Below, piece after piece: positions 21,696-27,090 of a stretch of DNA of 27,090 nt. The position numbers and the translations under genes are program-made. The DNA comes from Aplysia californica. Its lineage: Eukaryota. The DNA is taken from NCBI RefSeq assembly GCF_000002075.1, contig NW_004797277.1, positions 1,013,946 through 1,041,035 on the forward strand, in the 5' to 3' direction. Below the pieces are notes generated by a model. The model worked only from the letters and a program-made list of their open reading frames with translations, had not been told where the DNA came from and ran no database searches. Each line of letters opens with the position of its first letter. Position 1 is the stretch's first letter.

Positions 21696-22484
21696 CTGCA
21701 TAAACAATAAGAAAAGAGAGAATTATGTCAAGTTCTTAGGTTCTGCAAGGTTCTCAACCACAGCTAGAGCTGAGCACCATAAAGAATTTCATTTACAGTT
21801 TGATCTTGACTTAAGCTATACATTTTGATAAATGCAGTTATCTTTGTGTTTTCTTTTAGTTTAATTCCAGAGCAGCAAAATCAGTTCGGCACAATATGGT
21901 GAAAAGGCTACGACAAAGTGAAAAAAAAATCTAAACAGGACAAAAAAGCAAAACATAAAAAATTGTGCAGAATTTTCCAATTAATACACAATGGGATCAC
22001 AATGAACACCAAATTAAAATAAAGTATTAACTAAAACATCCCCATAAAAATGATACTCAACCTCATCAGCAATGGGAATGCATGAAAAGCTTGATGTAAA
22101 GATCCTTATACAATAGGAAATTCAGGAAGTAAGAATGACTAATAATAATTTTGAGATGTCCAAGAAAAGCTAAATAATCAAAAATGAGTTGTAGTTCTGA
22201 TACCAATGAGAGTGATATGTCCTTACCAAGTCACAATGCTGTATGTACCCCATGGGAAATGATTGTAAATTGATGTAATAAATACTTGATAAAGAGAATC
22301 AGTGCTAAGTTATGTGAGCCAGTCCTGGATCGGAAAAGTAAAAAGTATGTGAGCCAGTCAACTGAATGGATGTATGAATAAAAATGTTCCTATGTCATTT
22401 TTTAAAAACTCCCTGGAAAACAAATAATGTGAGAGAAGTTAAAAGGACATGCATGAAGAAAAGAATGACATGTTTGTTCTTTAC

Positions 22485-22638
22485 CGCTCAGACTCAAAAC
22501 GTTAAAGTTTTCATGAGGCCCCAAAACAACGAGATCGGGTCCAAAGATCACTCGTGCTGTCTTCTGCAGGTAGTCGTAAACCTGCACAGCTGTATTGCTG
22601 GGACATCTGTAAGTGACAACCTTCGTTTTGTCCCGTCC
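22485..22638 (-). CDS. MVP: MVP exon 6: [51 protein letters not shown]
   Basis: Acceptor ttttctactgccattcag|GGA and donor AGCG|gtaaag. It is a strong match to human [51 protein letters not shown]. It overlaps the track ORF 22402..22659(-). Confidence 0.92.
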
Positions 22639-23677
22639 CTGAATGGCAGTAGAAAACAATACAGTTTGTTAACACCCTGAGGTAGAGTAGGAGATGAAAG
22701 CTAAAAGAAAATAATTTCTTTAAACATTATTTAAGCAATTGAATGCCAACAAATAAAGCTATTCCTGCTTATTCTATTGTTGTTTCCTCTTAGTGTTGAA
22801 ATACCAATGTACTTGATCCCATTATTACAGCAAATGATATGAATGAGATCATTAACATAGCACCCATAAAAGGTAGCGGGACAAAACAAACAAAACAAAT
22901 AAAAATGGTTTAAAGTTTTATATCTCTTCACAAAAACAATGTCAATGTTGCCCTATAGAGGACCAAAAAGACTGTATCAAGTCTAATCTTTTTTTGTTAT
23001 TTTGTAAAATAAGATTACAAATTCAGCATCCATTCACATGAATATTTCTGTAACAACCAACAAATCGAGTCCTGCTGATCACAGAAGTAACTAAATACTT
23101 TTTAAAATATTTCAATATCAATACTGACTTTCTGGAACCCTGAGAGGGATTTTCTTTTTAAGATGGCTTTTATGAACTATAATGATAATGTTTTTTCTAG
23201 GTGATATAGTATCCCAATACAGTTTTACTTGCTGATGAGTGAAAGTTTATCTTGAGTCCACACAAAATGGCCAGGGGTCGCAGTGAACAGATTAGAATAA
23301 TATTTCACAAAAGAGTAGATCACATCAGAGCCCTACCTACCACCCTCTACTAGAGCTTTACTCCAAAGCAAATCCTAGATAAGATATAAAAATAAATGAA
23401 CACTTGAGAAGTGCTTTGTTACTTTCATGAACTTAAAGAGAAAGCAGGAATCTGTATCTTTAGCATTTGCTTGAGCTCAACACCTAAAGAGACACAAACA
23501 ACTCATATCAAATGAAGACCAACTGGCCAATAGAGCAGAACAGTGGAGAAGAAAGAAAAAAAATAATGGCTTAATGACTATTGGGCAGTTATTCCACTAT
23601 CAGAGAGGTTACATGTCTGGCTGGCATGACGTGAGTCTATTTGCTATTTCCCAAACCCATCGTAAACGTATCCTTAC

Positions 23678-23756
23678 CTCAGCGTTCATTGGGTCAATAG
23701 ACTGCTCATAGTAAGCAAGCTTCCTGATATCACCCTCTCCAGAGCCACCACCATGT
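23678..23756 (-). CDS. MVP: MVP exon 5: (R)HGGGSGEGDIRKLAYYEQSIDPMNAE
   Basis: Acceptor tcttgatcttacag|A and donor GCTGAG|gtaagg. It matches human NKGQDPLADRGEKDTAKSLQPLAP loosely. Phase is consistent on both sides. Confidence 0.8.
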
Positions 23757-23929
23757 CTGTAAGATCAAGAAAAGGAGCTTTTTTGCTGTCCTGCATGTTT
23801 AGCCACAACTTCTTTATCAAGATGATGTCAACCATGGGGCAGTTTTATTTTTGTTATGAGGTGTCTTAGAAAATAAAGTCAACAGATTCTTCATCATAAG
23901 CTCAAAATAACTTAGATGAAGAAACTTAA

Positions 23930-24392
23930 GCATTTACACTTACATATTTGTCAAATGTTAAATTGGCAAAACACATGGCAGCACAGTGAAATCAGGTGCT
24001 TGTCAAAATAATGTAGTCAGAGAATCAGACATTTTTGCCCCCTCTTGGGCAATTTTAACCATTTTTTTCCCCTTTGACTTTTCACATTTTACATGTATAA
24101 AGTCACATTTCTGTGTGAATTTAAAGGAAAAAATTTTGATCAAGGCACCAAAAAAGCTCTTTTAAATCAATAAACTTTGGCGGCCATTTTCTCAGTAATA
24201 TAACATTTAACACCAGGAGACTAACCTCCTTCAATCACAAATACCTGGACTTCAATTCAAGACAAGATAGGTATTTTTTTCATCAAAAGCAAGACAAATG
24301 AACAAGTTTTAAGATTATACAACCGACTCCATATGCCCAAAAATTGATGAGTGCCTGATTACACCGCGTCATGACACATTTTTACAGTCTAT
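23930..24392 (+). repeat. Dispersed repeat family B, copy 2, inside an MVP intron
   Basis: See copy 1. The block order is the same over about 400 bp. Confidence 0.7.
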
Positions 24393-24397
24393 CTTGT

Positions 24398-24560
24398 TTA
24401 AGTTGACCATCTATTATTGAGGAGAAAAGTGGTCATCTTAGACAGCTGGTTCTCCTGGAGAGTGTCATTATAATATAGATAACAGATACTGGGGGGGGGG
24501 GGGGGGGGAGTGGAAAGTGGTTGTTTGAACAGATGATTGTCATGGACAGGTGGTCTTTGA
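24398..24560. repeat. Dispersed repeat family A, copy 1 (unclassified, possibly SINE or MITE). It contains the G18 tract
   Basis: It shares attg.cga.gagaaaa.t.gt...cttagacag..g and tgtcatggacaggtggtc modules with 26440-26610 and 26975-27060. Confidence 0.55.
24491..24508. repeat. Poly-G homopolymer (18 nt) in an MVP intron, inside a dispersed repeat copy
   Basis: Direct reading. Confidence 0.95.
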
Positions 24561-24619
24561 GTGAGCAGATTTGACTGTAGTCTGTAGAAACTGTGAAGTC
24601 GCCAGTTCAAAAGTTGTAC

Positions 24620-24714
24620 CTGAGTAGGTTTTCTGTTTCATTACTAAGTTCCTTCTGCCAAAGGTCCTCCGTGGCAGTCAGCATGTAAGCACAGGGGCCC
24701 ATCACCAAGCGAAC
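24620..24714 (-). CDS. MVP: MVP exon 4: VRLVMGPCAYMLTATEDLWQKELSNETENLL(R)
   Basis: Acceptor ttattttgattgtcag|GTT and donor CTCAG|gtacaa. It matches human [30 protein letters not shown]. Confidence 0.88.
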
Positions 24715-24769
24715 CTGACAATCAAAATAATATACACTTATAGAAAAAGAATGAAAAAGGAAGTACCTT

Positions 24770-24980
24770 TATCCCTGAGGATAGATTTGTTATGTTTTAG
24801 TAAGACTTTAAGGCACTTGCAACGAGAATGGGTCATACAAGTGCCAGAGATTAGAGGTGTTAGTTACAAGGGAGTAACAAACACAGAAAAGAAGGAGAGA
24901 TAAGGGGGATAGATATCTGACGGATAAGGAGGAGCAAACCACACTAGAGCACCCGCCAACCACCCACAAAGGCTTGTTGA
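24770..24980 (+). repeat. Dispersed repeat family C, copy 2 (MVP intron)
   Basis: gttttagtaagactttaaggcacttgcaacgag...gccagagattagaggtgttagttacaagggagtaacaaacacagaaaagaaggagagataaggg...gataagga...caaaccacactagagcacccgccaacc. Confidence 0.65.
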
Positions 24981-25518
24981 TTTTTTACAAAATAAACATA
25001 ACACTGTATATTTGAAAACAATTTCTAAAAAGCACAGTTGGTCTCTGGAGGACAGCAAGTTTTTAGTAAAAATTTTTTATTTATTTATTTATGTATTTAT
25101 TATTTGTTTGTTTTTGTTTTTTTGGGGGGTGGGGTAAGGAGCCAGAGGACACATCTAGTGGGTACCACCCAAAAGGCTATGATGACATCAATGTCTACAC
25201 AAAGCATGGTCATTTAATCACTATTCACTCCTCCATTAAAACCGGAGTAAACTTCTCCATGCGACCCTCCTTATATTCAAATATGCAAGAAAGAGTGAGA
25301 GGTAAAGACAACAAACTAACATGAATAGTTTCAATAAAAGAAGCAAACTTAAAACACAAGATTAACCAGGTAGAAGGACATAATAAAGCTAATTATAAGA
25401 TTAAAAATACTGTATAGAATCAAACTAACCATTTCAACTCCAGGTGTGTATGAAAATACCACATTACTCCTATCAAACAAGAGTATATATCGAGAAAAAG
25501 CATAAAAAACTAACTCAC

Positions 25519-25579
25519 CCTTCCTGAATGTGCGTCTTGAATATACACTCCTTCATTTTTGCTCAGTGGAATTTTTTTC
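25519..25579 (-). CDS. MVP: MVP exon 3: (R)KKIPLSKNEGVYIQDAHSGR
   Basis: Acceptor ttttttttcag|G and donor GGAAGG|gtgagt. It matches human AIPLDENEGIYVQDVKTGK. Confidence 0.85.
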
Positions 25580-26005
25580 CTGAAAAAAAAAAGTTTGCAA
25601 AATGTGTTAATAACCTGATGAGGCTGAAGAAACTAAAAGTAACCAAAGTCAAGAAGTACATCGAATTCCTTAATCTATGTTTCAGAGGTCAACTGATATT
25701 TTCCATGACTTGACGCTGGTCCACTTTATTTGAAAGATGCAGTATAAATATGCAGGGTTTTTCAAGATTCAAACCATAGTTCATTTTTTCATTGCCCACC
25801 AGCAAGAAAAACTACCAAACTAGTTCCCATTATAAATGTTCTTTAAGAAATGTGTTATCTTAAAGTTTAACTATGTGTCTTCTATGATTATACGATGTAA
25901 GTATCTTCACAACACAAAAAAGCCATATTTTGAGGTATTTAAGACAGTGCAAATTTTACAGATAGCCGTAAATGTTCGTTCTGAAGTAAGTATAACAACA
26001 TGTAC

Positions 26006-26096
26006 CTCTGCTTAACAATTTTCACATGGATTGGTGGTATGTAGATCATTGGGCCTTTGATGAGCCATTTGTCACCTGGTTCACGCTTCACTTTTG
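26006..26096 (-). CDS. MVP: MVP exon 2: (A)KVKREPGDKWLIKGPMIYIPPIHVKIVKQ(R)
   Basis: Acceptor gtttccctttccag|CA and donor CAGAG|gtacat. It matches human [31 protein letters not shown]. The phase links to the G left by exon 1 (G+CA = Ala). Confidence 0.88.
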
Positions 26097-26439
26097 CTGG
26101 AAAGGGAAACACAAACATTTAATATCAGCTTGAAAGAGGAAGCATGCAGAACAGATCCCTAGTTGTTTTCTACTTCACTTTCATGTGTAAGCCTTTAAGT
26201 CAAGAATAAATCATTTCAACTCCACTATACATCCTCAGCATAAAACCCATACATCTGTAAACATAATTTACTTTTCTTCAGTACTTACAATAGGATAACA
26301 TCCTTCAGGAAAAAACTACGACATTTTGAAGGCCTGTTCCATGCTGTAGGGTTTATGGATCTATATTCTTAGTATTAAAAAACTATCTGTCAACAGACTG
26401 ACATAAAAAACAACTGGATAGAAGGCTGTAAGTATAATC

Positions 26440-26610
26440 AAAATTGTCCATGACAGCCATCCATTGTCGAGGAGAAAATTAGTTGCCTTAGACAGGTACA
26501 GTACAGTGTCATGATTTAAAAAGAAACACAAGGGGTGAAGTGGGACGTGATGGGCTGTACAGGTGATCGTCTTGGACATGTGGCCGTTAGAACAGGTTCA
26601 ACTGCATAGG
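26440..26610. repeat. Dispersed repeat family A, copy 2 (MVP intron)
   Basis: tgtccatgacagccatccattgtcgaggagaaaattagttgccttagacaggt ... acaggtgatcgtcttggacatgtggccgtt. Confidence 0.55.
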
Positions 26611-26842
26611 GAAAAGAAGCCAGCCCTTAGTAGGGAAGATGTGGTGTAGGAGTGACACAGCTCCTCAAACAGTGTTGATTCTCAAGATGGCGTACAGCAT
26701 ACTAGTATCCCCACCAACACACAGATTGGACTGAGCTGTCTTGAAAAATGTAAATGACACAAGCATTAAAGAAATTACAGTTCTTCATCAACCCTCAAGT
26801 CTCACTTTCGTTGCATAGCGAATGAACAAACAGAAGACCAAC

Positions 26843-26947
26843 CTTCACCCACAGTATCAATAAATTTGTCCAAAGCTTGAAGGACAACAGAATCATCCTC
26901 AGACAGCACTCTTGCATCTTGGATCTTGCCAAATTCAAGTTTTTCAC
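26843..26947 (-). CDS. MVP: MVP exon (window exon 1): (G)EKLEFGKIQDARVLSEDDSVVLQALDKFIDTVGE
   Basis: Acceptor cctcacctcag|GT and donor GAAG|gttggt. The exon starts with 2 nt completing a codon and ends with 1 nt (phase 1). It matches human [36 protein letters not shown]. Confidence 0.85.
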
Positions 26948-26974
26948 CTGAGGTGAGGAATGTAACAAATGATA

Positions 26975-27060
26975 GAGTCAAAATGGTCGGACAGCCACCC
27001 ATTGTCGAATAGAAAAGTGTCTGTCTTACACAGGTGACCGTCTTACCCAGTGCCCTTATA
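26975..27060. repeat. Dispersed repeat family A, copy 3 (MVP intron)
   Basis: atggtcggacagccacccattgtcgaatagaaaagtgtctgtcttacacaggtgaccgtcttac. Confidence 0.55.
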
Positions 27061-27090
27061 ATGTAAAAAAATAACTTTGGTGTGTGTGTG

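Larger units (their letters stand above)
12219..26947 (-). other. MVP: Major vault protein (MVP) gene, partial: 16 exons, 3' two-thirds including stop. 5' exons are beyond the window end
   Basis: Sixteen minus-strand exons with canonical AG acceptors and GT donors. Codon phases are consistent across every junction. The concatenated translation (about 532 aa) aligns colinearly with vertebrate MVP from the PGEQLEQG region to the C-terminal [22 protein letters not shown] region (recalled reference). Confidence 0.9.

Noticed and set aside
1-27090. A prokaryotic-style novel system (defense island, operon, toxin-antitoxin)
   Set aside because: There are no dense co-oriented ORFs and no RBS or promoter-terminator architecture. 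Exon-intron structure, microsatellites and eukaryotic transposons place the window in a eukaryotic nuclear genome.

Overview
This window is eukaryotic (metazoan-like) genomic DNA, not prokaryotic. It is AT-rich and has low coding density. Long (GT)n, (GA)n and (CA)n microsatellites, minisatellites, G/C homopolymers of 14-18 nt, GT-AG introns and interspersed transposons fill most of it. Organism is not determinable from the sequence. Because MVP is present, a marine invertebrate or other non-insect, non-nematode animal is plausible.

The one protein-coding gene I can support is the 3' two-thirds of a major vault protein (MVP) gene on the minus strand. I reconstructed 16 exons between 26947 and 12219 with fully phase-consistent GT-AG splice junctions and a TAA stop at 12219-12221. 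The 5' exons lie beyond the window end (above 27090). Exon translations align colinearly with vertebrate MVP as I recall it, for example AVESTGQAKAEAQAKAE against human [17 protein letters not shown].

The MVP introns carry a 5'-truncated, degraded I-like non-LTR retrotransposon (RT, RNase H and a CCHC knuckle, with a (CAA)n tail), several copies of at least three unclassified dispersed repeat families, and a 51-bp inverted-repeat hairpin element present as two inverted copies that bracket two exons.

The region from 1 to about 12200 lies downstream of MVP and is flanking DNA with no convincing exons. It contains two adjacent Tc1/mariner-type MITEs with TA target-site duplications and CAGTGGAA termini. 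It also contains a cluster of tRNA-like, SINE-like units, a 20-bp minisatellite at the window start, and a 66-bp tandem repeat starting about 15 bp after the MVP stop codon.

I found no rRNA or bona fide tRNA genes, no CRISPR array, no operon-like structure and no defense-system-like locus. The novel-system premise is not supported here. The interesting content is the gene architecture and the mobile-element biology.
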